DNA of 64,000 nucleotides from Bacteroidales bacterium UBA1077 (lineage in GTDB: Bacteria; Bacteroidota; Bacteroidia; Bacteroidales; UBA932): the NCBI GenBank assembly GCA_002314195.1, contig DCCQ01000074.1, forward strand, positions 4,933-68,932, given 5' to 3'. Positions within the stretch are counted from its first letter, which is position 1, and every line of letters starts with the position of its first letter. Shown piece by piece: positions 28,958 through 38,226 of this stretch. Below the pieces are notes generated by a model that did no database searches, had not been told where the DNA came from, and saw only the letters and a list, made by a program, of their open reading frames with translations. Position numbers and translations under genes: made by a program.

Positions 28958-30403
28958 CTAGTTGTCTTTCTTGAATATCTTGTAGCCGATCGCCGCCACC
29001 GTAATGCTCATCAGCGGGCTTATCAGATTGAAAAAGCAATACGGCAGGTATGCCAGAGTCGGAACACTTAGGATCGTGGCCTGCGTCATTCCGCAGCTGC
29101 TCCACGGGTATAGCGGTGATGTGACAGTGGCGGAATCCTCCACGGAGCGGCTCAACAATCTGTTTTCATAGCCCTCTTTCTCATAGACATCCTTGAACAG
29201 GCTGGAGGTAAGGATGATGGCGAGGTACTGGTCTGAGACTATTCCGTTCAGAGCGGTTCCGGTCACCACCGTTGAGGTCACGAGGCTTGTCCTGCGTTTT
29301 GTAAGAGGAAGGATCATCGAGGCGAGGTGGTGCAGCATACCGCTGGCCTTCATTGCCGCTCCGAAACACATCGCACAGATTATGAGGTAGACGGTGTTCA
29401 GCATTCCGAGCATTCCTTTCGATGACACGAGCTGGTTCACTTCCGGATTTCCGGTCTCCACGGAGACGGAGTTGTAGATGGATTCTATCGTTCCTGTGAA
29501 CAGGATTTTGGCGTTGGATCCATCTCCGGCGACTGATGTCCCGATTTCACGGATTATGTCCGGCTGGAATATGACCGCCGCGATGGCTGCTGTGACCGTG
29601 GACAGAGCCAGCACGATGAGAGCTGGCATCCTGCGCGCAATCATCACCGCTGTCAAAGCCGGAACAATCAGCAGCCATGGTGTGATGTTGAATTTCGAGT
29701 TGAGGACAGATGTATATTCATTGACCATCGAGGCGTCGCTCCCGGAGTGGAAGAATCCGAGAATCGTGAATATGACGAGTGTTATCACGATTGACGGAAC
29801 CGTGGTGTACATCAGGTAGCGGATGTGCTCGAACATCGGGACCTTGCTCATGGATGAGGCCAGCACGGTGGTGTCGGAGAGAGGTGAGATCTTGTCTCCG
29901 AAATAGGCTCCCGAGATGATCGCTCCGGCAATCATTCCGTCACTGAATCCCAGAGCCTTCCCGATGCCGAGCAATGCCACGCCGATCGTGGCGATGGTTG
30001 TCCACGAGCTTCCTATCATCACCGAGACCAGTGCGCAGATCACGCAGGCCGTCAGGAGGAACACCTTTGGACTGATTATCTTGACTCCATAATAGATGAA
30101 TGTCGGCACGATTCCGCTCATTGTCCACGTTCCGGAAATCGCTCCGATCAGGAAAAGAATGACAATCGCCGTCGTAACGTCTCCTATGTTGCTTTTGATC
30201 GCCTCCTCGAAATCCTGCCACGGAACCTTGAACAGCCACATCGCCAGCCAGATGGCGACTCCGGCGGAGAAAAGCAGCGCGACCTGGCTCGCTCCGAGAA
30301 TAGCTTCACTTCCGAATATGCTGATGTTCAATGCCAGCAGCGTCACAAGAATCAGGATCGGAATCAGGGATATTCCCACCCTGAACATGGTAATTTTCTT
30401 CAT
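28958..30403 (-). CDS. nhaC: NhaC family Na+/H+ antiporter
   Basis: GSSWTT, SGAYFGDKISPLSDTT, LSRSVED motifs. Confidence 0.92.
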   Translation of the reverse strand: MKKITMFRVGISLIPILILVTLLALNISIFGSEAILGASQVALLFSAGVAIWLAMWLFKVPWQDFEEAIKSNIGDVTTAIVILFLIGAISGTWTMSGIVPTFIYYGVKIISPKVFLLTACVICALVSVMIGSSWTTIATIGVALLGIGKALGFSDGMIAGAIISGAYFGDKISPLSDTTVLASSMSKVPMFEHIRYLMYTTVPSIVITLVIFTILGFFHSGSDASMVNEYTSVLNSKFNITPWLLIVPALTAVMIARRMPALIVLALSTVTAAIAAVIFQPDIIREIGTSVAGDGSNAKILFTGTIESIYNSVSVETGNPEVNQLVSSKGMLGMLNTVYLIICAMCFGAAMKASGMLHHLASMILPLTKRRTSLVTSTVVTGTALNGIVSDQYLAIILTSSLFKDVYEKEGYENRLLSRSVEDSATVTSPLYPWSSCGMTQATILSVPTLAYLPYCFFNLISPLMSITVAAIGYKIFKKDN

Positions 30404-30581
30404 CTGAATAAGTCCGTTTATATTCCTTTTCCCAAGCGTCCGTTAAAAATAACTTGCGCCATCTGCGGCAACTTATTTTTCCGCCTGCCAAATGGAGCGC
30501 AAGTTAAATTTTTTTTCGCATTTTTACGCAAGAATTCGGGTGGTACGGATTTAGTTGACTGAAAAAAATAAACAAAAGCAT

Positions 30582-31274
30582 ATGAAACAGATGAAAAATT
30601 TCAAAATCGCTTTGGCCGTTATGGCCGTTGTGTCGGCCTTGGCCGCTTTCTTGTCATCCTGCTCCAAGGATGATGGCTCTTATGTTTATCCCGGTCCCAA
30701 CGCTCTTGTCACCATAAAGACAACCGACTCTGGTGTGACCTATTTCCAGTTGGATGAGAAGACCACCCTTGAGCCTAAGGGGTGGGTCAATCCTTACAAA
30801 CGTGAGGTCAGGGCATTGCTCCGGTATTCCGAGGATCAGGAGGCCAGCAGTATGTTTACAAAGAAAGTCAAGGTCGAATGGCAGGATTCCGTACGTACAA
30901 AGAACGCTGTCGTTTATGATGAGGAGTACGGCAAGAAAAACAATGTGTCAATAGCCTTGTACAATGATTGGATTACGTGCTGCGAGGATGGCTACCTTAC
31001 CCTTCATTTCGCCATTTTGGTCGGACATGGCGACAAGATTGTGCACACCATTGATCTTGCTGTTGACCATGAGACTCATGACCTTTATTTGAGGCATGAC
31101 AACAATGGCGACGATGGTTACGCTCCGGCAGACGGTGTGATCGCCTTCAAGATTGACGATCTTCTCAAGGATGTCAAGGATGGGCAGGAACTGACATTGC
31201 ATTGGAAGGATTACGATGGCGACAAGACCGCTAAAGTGAAGTATCTCTCCAGATTCGCTCTGCCAGAGAAATAA
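30582..31274 (+). CDS. NigD-like lipoprotein
   Basis: Lipobox SSC, NALVT, LRHDNNGD motifs; upstream of an ECF sigma/beta-barrel pair. Confidence 0.8.
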   Translation: MKQMKNFKIALAVMAVVSALAAFLSSCSKDDGSYVYPGPNALVTIKTTDSGVTYFQLDEKTTLEPKGWVNPYKREVRALLRYSEDQEASSMFTKKVKVEWQDSVRTKNAVVYDEEYGKKNNVSIALYNDWITCCEDGYLTLHFAILVGHGDKIVHTIDLAVDHETHDLYLRHDNNGDDGYAPADGVIAFKIDDLLKDVKDGQELTLHWKDYDGDKTAKVKYLSRFALPEK

Positions 31275-31286
31275 CAGCCTCTCCGA

Positions 31287-31859
31287 TTGATGGGAACACT
31301 GTCTGGAGACATAGAAAAGACTCTTGTCGAACAGGCAAGGAAAGGTGACCGCACCGCGATGAGGCAGATTTACGACTGCTATTCAAGGTATTTGGCGGCC
31401 ACCTGTTCCCGTTATCTGCCGGACGGTGGGGATCTTCGTGATGTCCTTCAGGACAGTTTCGTGAAGATATTCTCGTCTTTGGACAAGTTCGACTACCGGG
31501 GCGAAGGCTCGTTGAAGGCGTGGATGAGACAGATTTCTGTCAATGAGGCTCTGAAACTCATCAGAAAGCGGAAACGGTCGGACACGGTGGAATACAAGTG
31601 GGACTTGCCGGACAAGGAGGAGGAAGTGGATCCTGATGTTGGAGGCATCCCGCCTGACGTGATTCAGAAAATGATTCAGGCTCTGCCGGAAGGCTACAGG
31701 ACGGTTCTCAACCTTTATGCCTTCGAAGAGAAAAGCCACAAGGAAATAGCGGCGTTGCTCGGGATCACGGAGAGCACATCGGCCTCTCAGCTCCACAGGG
31801 CGAGGGCGATATTGGCAAAGCAGATCAATGAATATAAGAAAAGAACGGAGACGACATGA
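31287..31859 (+). CDS. ECF sigma-70 factor
   Basis: DVLQDSFVKIF, LPEGYRTVLNL...SHKEIA..LGI.ESTSASQLHRA. Confidence 0.93.
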   Translation: MMGTLSGDIEKTLVEQARKGDRTAMRQIYDCYSRYLAATCSRYLPDGGDLRDVLQDSFVKIFSSLDKFDYRGEGSLKAWMRQISVNEALKLIRKRKRSDTVEYKWDLPDKEEEVDPDVGGIPPDVIQKMIQALPEGYRTVLNLYAFEEKSHKEIAALLGITESTSASQLHRARAILAKQINEYKKRTETT

Positions 31860-33238
31860 TGGAAGATAAAGATTGGCTGAAAGGCCTGCAAAACAAAATG
31901 AAAGACTATGAGGAGCCCGCGCCGGAAGGACTGTGGGAGGACATCGAGCCTTCTGTCTTCCCGGAGAAAAAACGCCATGTGGTCGCGATGCCGATTCTGT
32001 GGCGTTCCGTCGCTGCCGCCGCGGTGGTGGCTTTGGGCGTGTTTGCCGGACTCCGTCTTTCGGAATCTCTTGGAGATAAGCCGGATGATGTGTCACAGGA
32101 GGCCCTGGCTTCCGGCCAACCTTCTTCAGTCAACAATGACGGAGGTCGGGACTCTTCTGTGGAAATCGTTCGTAAACCAAACGCGGAAACCCTGTTGGCA
32201 GACTCAAGACCTGTCCGGAAACATCAGACCAAGGCTCGTCCTTACGGCAATAAAACCGAGCCGGATCTTGTGACGGAAATCTCTGCCCATGAAGCAGGGA
32301 CGGATGAGGTTCAGCCTTTTGCTTCGGAAGAAACGATTCGGGAGAAGGTAAGCCGGATCGTACCACAGGACCAACTGCCGGAAGAAAATCCGGTGACGGT
32401 GAAACCTGAAGAGACCTCGGAGAAAAAATCTGTCTCCGTTTCGACGGATCATGACGGCGAGGATTGGTCGGACTATATCTCAGCCACTGACTCCCGTGCT
32501 TCCGGACGCGGAAAGGCAGCGTTGGATGTGTCACTTTCCGGCGGCTCCATGGACGTCAGTGATGAACGCTCGTACGACCTTCAGATGTTTTACCGTGGCT
32601 CGGCTCCGGCATCGTCGAACGGTTTGTTTGACGATGCGAACAACCATGTCGGGGATGGAGGGGTGATTCAGACCAGAGGAATGGCCCCGATGGACTTGAA
32701 GAGCGGCTCTACAGTCACTTCCCATTCTCACCACAGCCGTCCGGTCAGGATGGCGCTCACTGTCAACTTCCCGCTCAGCGGTACATTCGGACTTGAGACC
32801 GGCGCCATGATGACCACCCTCCGCAGCACCTTCACCACAGAGGCAGGACGTACTGTAACCGAGACTGACCAGACATTGAGATATGTCGGGATTCCGTTGA
32901 ATATCACGGCTTCTCTTGTGGACACAAGATGGTTTTCGTTCTATCTTGGTGGCGGAGGGATGGCCGAGAAATGCATCTCCGGCAAATCTGTGAAGACAGA
33001 GACCTTGGCGGGAGTGAAGCAGGGTGACGGCACCAGAAAAAGTTTGAATGTCAAACCATTGCTCTGGTCATTGAATGCGTCCGCCGGTCTTCAGGCGAAC
33101 CTGGCCAAGAACATCGGCCTTTACGTTGAGCCTGGCCTTAGTTATCATTTCGATGACAAGTCTGATGTCCAGACCATCTACAATGATCGTCCTTTGGACT
33201 TCATGCTGACATTCGGGGCTAGATTCTCATTGAAGTAG
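31856..33238 (+). CDS. putative anti-sigma with N-terminal TM and C-terminal outer-membrane beta-barrel
   Basis: DYEEPAPEGLWEDIE N-terminus, TM, barrel-like YVGIPL...YVEPGLSYHFD; translationally coupled to the sigma gene. Confidence 0.78.
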   Translation: MMEDKDWLKGLQNKMKDYEEPAPEGLWEDIEPSVFPEKKRHVVAMPILWRSVAAAAVVALGVFAGLRLSESLGDKPDDVSQEALASGQPSSVNNDGGRDSSVEIVRKPNAETLLADSRPVRKHQTKARPYGNKTEPDLVTEISAHEAGTDEVQPFASEETIREKVSRIVPQDQLPEENPVTVKPEETSEKKSVSVSTDHDGEDWSDYISATDSRASGRGKAALDVSLSGGSMDVSDERSYDLQMFYRGSAPASSNGLFDDANNHVGDGGVIQTRGMAPMDLKSGSTVTSHSHHSRPVRMALTVNFPLSGTFGLETGAMMTTLRSTFTTEAGRTVTETDQTLRYVGIPLNITASLVDTRWFSFYLGGGGMAEKCISGKSVKTETLAGVKQGDGTRKSLNVKPLLWSLNASAGLQANLAKNIGLYVEPGLSYHFDDKSDVQTIYNDRPLDFMLTFGARFSLK

Positions 33239-34592
33239 GTGTTATGGAGTCTCCGATGCCGGTGAGTGAGGAAACCGCGTCATGAACCTTCCCGAAACCG
33301 AATCCGTAGATGATCCGTGACATCTTGGCGGCGATGCGGTCGTTGCAGAGGTTGCCTATGGAACCTTCGTGAGTATGGTGAAGCTCACCGTGATATTCAA
33401 AGGTCCCCTTTCTGATTGAGTCGGCGACTTGGCGGTAGGCGTCTCTGAACGGCACTCCGTTCTCCACCAGATGGTTGACTTCCTCCACGCTGAACGCAAG
33501 GCGGTACTTACGATCGCTCATCGCATCTGGGACGACCTCCATCCCACGGACTGCATATTCAACGATGTCGAGGCAATCGTTCATTTCCTTGAATATCGGG
33601 AAGAACACCTCCTTGAGAATCTGCATGTCCCTGAAATAGCCGCTCGGCAGGTTTCCGGTGATGAGGCGGATGGTGTTCGGCACGCCTTGAAGCTTGTTGC
33701 AGTGCGCCCTCACGAGTTCGAACACGTCCGGATTCTTCTTGTGCGGCATGATGCTGGAGCCGGTCGTCAGCGCGTCCGGCAAGTGGATGAACCCGAAATT
33801 CTGACTGGAGAAAAGACATCCGTCCATCGCGAGCCTTCCTACTGTCTCAGCGATTGATGAATATGCGAACGCCACGGCCCGCTCCATTTTCCCTCTTGTC
33901 ATCTGCGCATAGACTGAGTTGTAGTCCAAGTCTTCAAAGCCAAGCAGTTCCGTGGTCATGGTTCTGTTCAGCGGAGCGGACGAGCCGTACCCGGCGGCGG
34001 ATCCGAGAGGGTTGAGGTTGACGACTTCCCATGCGGCCTTCATCATGCTGAGATCATCGCAGAGACTTTCGGCATAGGCTCCGAACCATAGCCCGAAGGA
34101 AGACGGCATGGCCACCTGCAGATGGGTGTAGCCCGGAATCAGCACGTCCTTGTACTTCTCGCTGGCTTCCTGAAGCGTCTTGAACAACGATTCGACCTTG
34201 TGCACTGTCTTCTCGATTTCGGCGCGGGCGTAGAGTTTCAGATCCACCAGGACCTGATCGTTGCGGGAACGTCCTGTGTGCACCTTCTTCCCGACATCCC
34301 CGAGCCTACGCGTCAGCATCAGCTCGATCTGCGAGTGGATGTCCTCCACGTCATCCTCAACGTAAAGCTCTCCCTTGCGGGCTGATGAATATAATTCCTT
34401 GAGTGCCGGCAGCAGTTTGTCCAGATCTTCCTTTGAAAGAAGTCCCACACTCTCCAGCATCGTGATGTGGGCCATAGTGCCCATTATGTCGTAAGGAGCC
34501 AGCTCGTGATCCAGCTCACGGTCGTTGCCCACCGTGAACGCGTCTATCCTCTCGTCCTCCTTGAATCCCTTGTCCCAAAGTTTGTTCGCCAT
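33219..34592 (-). CDS. argH: argininosuccinate lyase
   Basis: KLW.KG, HTGRSRNDQV, GYTHLQ, TGSSIMPHKKNPD; start placed at ATG 34592. Confidence 0.96.
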   Translation of the reverse strand: MANKLWDKGFKEDERIDAFTVGNDRELDHELAPYDIMGTMAHITMLESVGLLSKEDLDKLLPALKELYSSARKGELYVEDDVEDIHSQIELMLTRRLGDVGKKVHTGRSRNDQVLVDLKLYARAEIEKTVHKVESLFKTLQEASEKYKDVLIPGYTHLQVAMPSSFGLWFGAYAESLCDDLSMMKAAWEVVNLNPLGSAAGYGSSAPLNRTMTTELLGFEDLDYNSVYAQMTRGKMERAVAFAYSSIAETVGRLAMDGCLFSSQNFGFIHLPDALTTGSSIMPHKKNPDVFELVRAHCNKLQGVPNTIRLITGNLPSGYFRDMQILKEVFFPIFKEMNDCLDIVEYAVRGMEVVPDAMSDRKYRLAFSVEEVNHLVENGVPFRDAYRQVADSIRKGTFEYHGELHHTHEGSIGNLCNDRIAAKMSRIIYGFGFGKVHDAVSSLTGIGDSITPTSMRI

Positions 34593-34733
34593 ATACACAT
34601 TTATTAATGAGTGCAAAGATAGCCAATAATGATGGCGGTTCGTTAATATCCATTGTGAAAATTCAAAAAATATCATTCAAATATTCTGTTTTCCGTTGGA
34701 AATCCGTAATTTTGCAAGATTTTTTTACGGCAT

Positions 34734-36545
34734 ATGCAAGACATTAGGAACATCGCGCTCATCGCGCACGTCGACCACGGCAAGACGACTCTCGTGGACA
34801 GGATGATTTATCAGGCCAATCTGGTGCGTCAGCCTGAGAATCTCGGCCAACTGATTCTCGACAACAATGACATCGAGAGGGAAAGAGGCATCACCATTCT
34901 GGCGAAAAACGTGTCTGTCACCTACAAAGGTGTCAAGATCAACATTATAGACACTCCAGGCCATAGTGACTTCGGAGGAGAGGTCGAAAGGGTTTTGAAT
35001 ATGGCGGACGGCGTGCTGCTGCTGGTGGACGCGTTCGAGGGCTGCATGCCGCAGACTCGCTTCGTTCTTCAGAAGGCTCTTGAGCTTGGCAAGAAGCCAA
35101 TCGTGGTCGTCAACAAGGTTGACAAGCCGAACTGCCGTCCGGATGAGGTTCAGGAAGAGGTTTTCGACCTGATGTGCTCGCTGAACGCCACGGATGAGCA
35201 GCTTGATTTCAAGACGATCTTCGGCAGCGCCAAGCAGGGCTGGATGTCTGACGACTGGAAGAAGCCGACATCGGACATCACACCTCTTCTGGACGCCATT
35301 CTGGCGGAAATTCCGGCCCCTAAGGTGATTGAGGGAACCCCTCAGCTTCAGGTGACTTCCCTTGAATATTCTCCGTATGTCGGACGTATCGCCGTCGGTA
35401 AACTTACCCGGGGAGAACTCAAGACCGGCCAGCAGGTCAGCCTCTGCAAGAGGTATGACGTTGTGGAAAAGCACAAGATCAAGCAATTGATGGTGTTCGA
35501 CGGCCTGGGAAAGGCTAACGTGGACACTGTGCAGTGCGGTGACATCTGCGCTGTGGTCGGCATCGACGGCTTTGAGATCGGCGACACGATCGCCGACAGC
35601 GAGAATCCGGAGGCTCTCCCTCCGATCTCCATCGATGAGCCTACGATGAGCATGCTCTTCACCATCAACAACTCCCCGTTCTTCGGCAAGGACGGCAAGT
35701 TCGTGACATCCAGGCACATCAAAGACCGTCTGGACAAGGAGTTGGAGAAGAACCTTGCCCTCAAGGTCAAGCCGGGACTGAACGCCGACTCGTTCGTGGT
35801 CTATGGACGTGGAGTGCTTCACCTCTCTGTGCTTATCGAGGAGATGCGCCGCGAAGGCTTCGAACTTCAGGTCGGACAGCCTAAGGTCCTGGACAAGACC
35901 ATCAACGGACAGCGTTGCGAACCTATCGAGGATCTATCCATAGAGGTTCCGGAGCAGTTCGTGGGAGCGGCCATCGAGCTTGCCACCCGCAGGAAGGGCG
36001 CGCTTCTTCACATGGAACCGAGGGGAGACAGGACACTGCTCAACTTCGACATCCCGACCCGTGGCCTTATGGGGCTCAGGAGCAATCTCTTGACCGCTTC
36101 CCAGGGCGAGGCCATCATGGCCCACAGGTTCAAGGAGTACCAGCCTTACAAGGGTGAGATCGAGAATCGTACGAACGGATCGCTCGTTTCCCTTGAGACA
36201 GGAACCGCTATTGCATATTCGATGAACAAGCTTCTGGACAGGGGCAAGTTCTTCATCGATCCTGGTGACGAGATTTACTGCGGTGAGGTCGTGGGCGAGC
36301 ACACAAGGGAGAGAGACCTCAACATCAACATCTGCAAGACAAAGAAACTCACCAATGTGCGCGCCGCCGGCTCCGACGATAAGGTTGTGCTGCCACCTCC
36401 GGTGAAGATGTCATTGGAGGAGATGCTTGAATATATTCGTGAAGATGAGCTTGTAGAGGTGACTCCGCATCACCTGAGGATGCGCAAGATCCTTCTTGAC
36501 CCGATGGACAGGAAGCGTTCCGGCAACTCCGGTGATGACGAATAG
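34734..36545 (+). CDS. typA: translational GTPase TypA/BipA
   Basis: [41 protein letters not shown]. Confidence 0.97.
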   Translation: MQDIRNIALIAHVDHGKTTLVDRMIYQANLVRQPENLGQLILDNNDIERERGITILAKNVSVTYKGVKINIIDTPGHSDFGGEVERVLNMADGVLLLVDAFEGCMPQTRFVLQKALELGKKPIVVVNKVDKPNCRPDEVQEEVFDLMCSLNATDEQLDFKTIFGSAKQGWMSDDWKKPTSDITPLLDAILAEIPAPKVIEGTPQLQVTSLEYSPYVGRIAVGKLTRGELKTGQQVSLCKRYDVVEKHKIKQLMVFDGLGKANVDTVQCGDICAVVGIDGFEIGDTIADSENPEALPPISIDEPTMSMLFTINNSPFFGKDGKFVTSRHIKDRLDKELEKNLALKVKPGLNADSFVVYGRGVLHLSVLIEEMRREGFELQVGQPKVLDKTINGQRCEPIEDLSIEVPEQFVGAAIELATRRKGALLHMEPRGDRTLLNFDIPTRGLMGLRSNLLTASQGEAIMAHRFKEYQPYKGEIENRTNGSLVSLETGTAIAYSMNKLLDRGKFFIDPGDEIYCGEVVGEHTRERDLNINICKTKKLTNVRAAGSDDKVVLPPPVKMSLEEMLEYIREDELVEVTPHHLRMRKILLDPMDRKRSGNSGDDE

Positions 36546-36622
36546 TCAAACTATTCACGAAAAGATTTTATATTCGGAAAATTTTTTATACCTTTGCAAC
36601 CCTTAAATCTGTTTACTGGATC

Positions 36623-37162
36623 ATGGAGGATAATTTGACGGTTCCTATAAATGGATTGCCCCAAGGACGGAAGGAATTTCGTTGGAGGGTAGGGAAGACG
36701 TTCTTTGAACATTTTGAGAATTCAGAGATTCTGGCAGCGGATCTTGATGTCGAGGTTTACGCTGAGAAGTCGGGGCATTTCATCGGGGTTGACTGCGATG
36801 TCACCGGTGATGTGACAGTGGCTTGTGACAGATGCCTTGAGAATCTGAGTATTCCGGTCGAGACAGGGTTTCGATTGAGTGTCAAGTTCGGCCTGGAACC
36901 GGCTGACGGCAGTGATGCCGCTGAAGGGGAGAGGGAGATAGTTTGGCTTCCGGAGTCGGATGCGGATTTAAACCTTGGTCAGATAGTCTATGACTATGTA
37001 TGCCTGTCACTTCCGGTCCAGAGGGTTCATTCTGAAGGAGAATGTAATCCTGAAGCAGTGAAGTTTCTGAGTTCTGAAGATGAGCAGAGTGTGGATTCCC
37101 AAGGCAAGGATGCTTCGTTGCCGTTCGCGTCTCTGAAGGATCTTATTGATAAAGTGAAATAA
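36623..37162 (+). CDS. DUF177/YceD family protein
   Basis: CDRCL motif; upstream of rpmF. Confidence 0.9.
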   Translation: MEDNLTVPINGLPQGRKEFRWRVGKTFFEHFENSEILAADLDVEVYAEKSGHFIGVDCDVTGDVTVACDRCLENLSIPVETGFRLSVKFGLEPADGSDAAEGEREIVWLPESDADLNLGQIVYDYVCLSLPVQRVHSEGECNPEAVKFLSSEDEQSVDSQGKDASLPFASLKDLIDKVK

Positions 37163-37182
37163 TAAATTAAAAAATAATAACT

Positions 37183-37365
37183 ATGGCACATCCGAAACAC
37201 AAAGTCTCTAAGCAGAGAAGAGACAAGAGAAGGACCCATGACTTCGCTCCGGTTCCAACTCTCGCTACCTGTCCTAACTGCGGCGCAACAGTGATGTATC
37301 ATCACATTTGCCCTGAGTGCGGTTACTACAGAGGTCGTCAGATCATCGAGAAGAGCGCGGAATAG
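37183..37365 (+). CDS. rpmF: 50S ribosomal protein L32
   Basis: MAHPKHKVSKQRRDKRRTH, CPNCG...CPECGYYRG. Confidence 0.97.
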   Translation: MAHPKHKVSKQRRDKRRTHDFAPVPTLATCPNCGATVMYHHICPECGYYRGRQIIEKSAE

Positions 37366-37386
37366 TCTCTTCGGTAGAAAACTAAT

Positions 37387-37458
37387 GGTCCCATAGTTCA
37401 ACGGATAGAACGGAGGTTTCCTAAACCTTAAATATAGGTTCGATTCCTATTGGGACTA
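37387..37458 (+). tRNA. tRNA-Arg(CCT)
   Basis: GGTCCCA...GAGGT-TT-CCT-AA-ACCTT...GGTTCGATTCC...TGGGACT-A cloverleaf. Confidence 0.93.
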
Positions 37459-37460
37459 CA

Positions 37461-37492
37461 AAGGAGACTCGCCATGACGGCGGGTCTCTTTT
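37461..37492 (+). terminator. intrinsic terminator after tRNA-Arg
   Basis: GGAGACTCGCC...GGCGGGTCTCTTTT. Confidence 0.8.
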
Positions 37493-37541
37493 GCGTATTT
37501 GGATTATTTGAATATTCTGGTTAAATTCGTGAGACGTTAGG

Positions 37542-37617
37542 CGGTCGCTGAGCCTGTCGAAGTGACCGCACATGTGAAATTCACTAATAGTTGTCGCTTC
37601 GACAGGCTCAGCGACCG
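37542..37617. repeat. inverted doublet of the REP-like palindrome
   Basis: CGGTCGCTGAGCCTGTCGAAGTGAC ... GTCGCTTCGACAGGCTCAGCGACCG. Confidence 0.9.
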
Positions 37618-37627
37618 AAGTTCGATC

Positions 37628-38215
37628 ATGCCGTCACAGATGCTGCCCTCATTGCTGCTTTACATTCTGGCTCTCGGTTATACTCCAGGGCCTTCCAACC
37701 TGTGCGCGTTCCATTCCGGAATCCATTTCGGAAGGAGACATGCGATGCGGGTATGGTGGGGGTTCGTGATCGGCTTCCTGCTCATCGACACTACTCTTGT
37801 GCTGATCGCACATTACCTTGGAGATGTGCTTGGCCCTTACGTCAAATGGCTTTCCTACGCTGGCGCTCTCTATATGGTCTGCCTTGCGGTGATGATTGTC
37901 GTGAAATCCGGCCAGTCGAAAGAGGACATGGCAAAATCCTGCACCATCAAGACAGGAATTGTCATAGAGGTCACCAACGCGAAGGTCTGGATGTTCTGCC
38001 TGACAGCATTGGGAACATTCGTCCTGCCATATTCAAGTTCATTCATCGAACTTGCCAAGGTCGGAGCCATGCTGACCTTGGCCGGCCCGGTGGCGAACCT
38101 TGTGTGGCTTGTGGCGGGCTCCGCGCTTGACAGCCTGACGGAAAGGTATGGCAGAATAATCGACATGATTCTCGCCGCGGCCCTGATGTTCAGCGCTGTC
38201 ATGCTGATTTTCTGA
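37628..38215 (+). CDS. LysE family translocator
   Basis: YTPGPSN, GALY...LA, EVTNAKVW motifs; start placed at ATG 37628. Confidence 0.88.
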   Translation: MPSQMLPSLLLYILALGYTPGPSNLCAFHSGIHFGRRHAMRVWWGFVIGFLLIDTTLVLIAHYLGDVLGPYVKWLSYAGALYMVCLAVMIVVKSGQSKEDMAKSCTIKTGIVIEVTNAKVWMFCLTALGTFVLPYSSSFIELAKVGAMLTLAGPVANLVWLVAGSALDSLTERYGRIIDMILAAALMFSAVMLIF

Positions 38216-38226
38216 CAAATCTATTC

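Noticed and set aside
30582..33238. NigD/ECF sigma/beta-barrel anti-sigma module as a novel system
   Set aside because: Matches an architecture already described in Bacteroides
34725..35822. 365-aa antisense ORF over typA (and similar ones over lon, spoIID, namZ, mscL)
   Set aside because: Shadow ORFs produced by codon bias of strongly conserved sense genes
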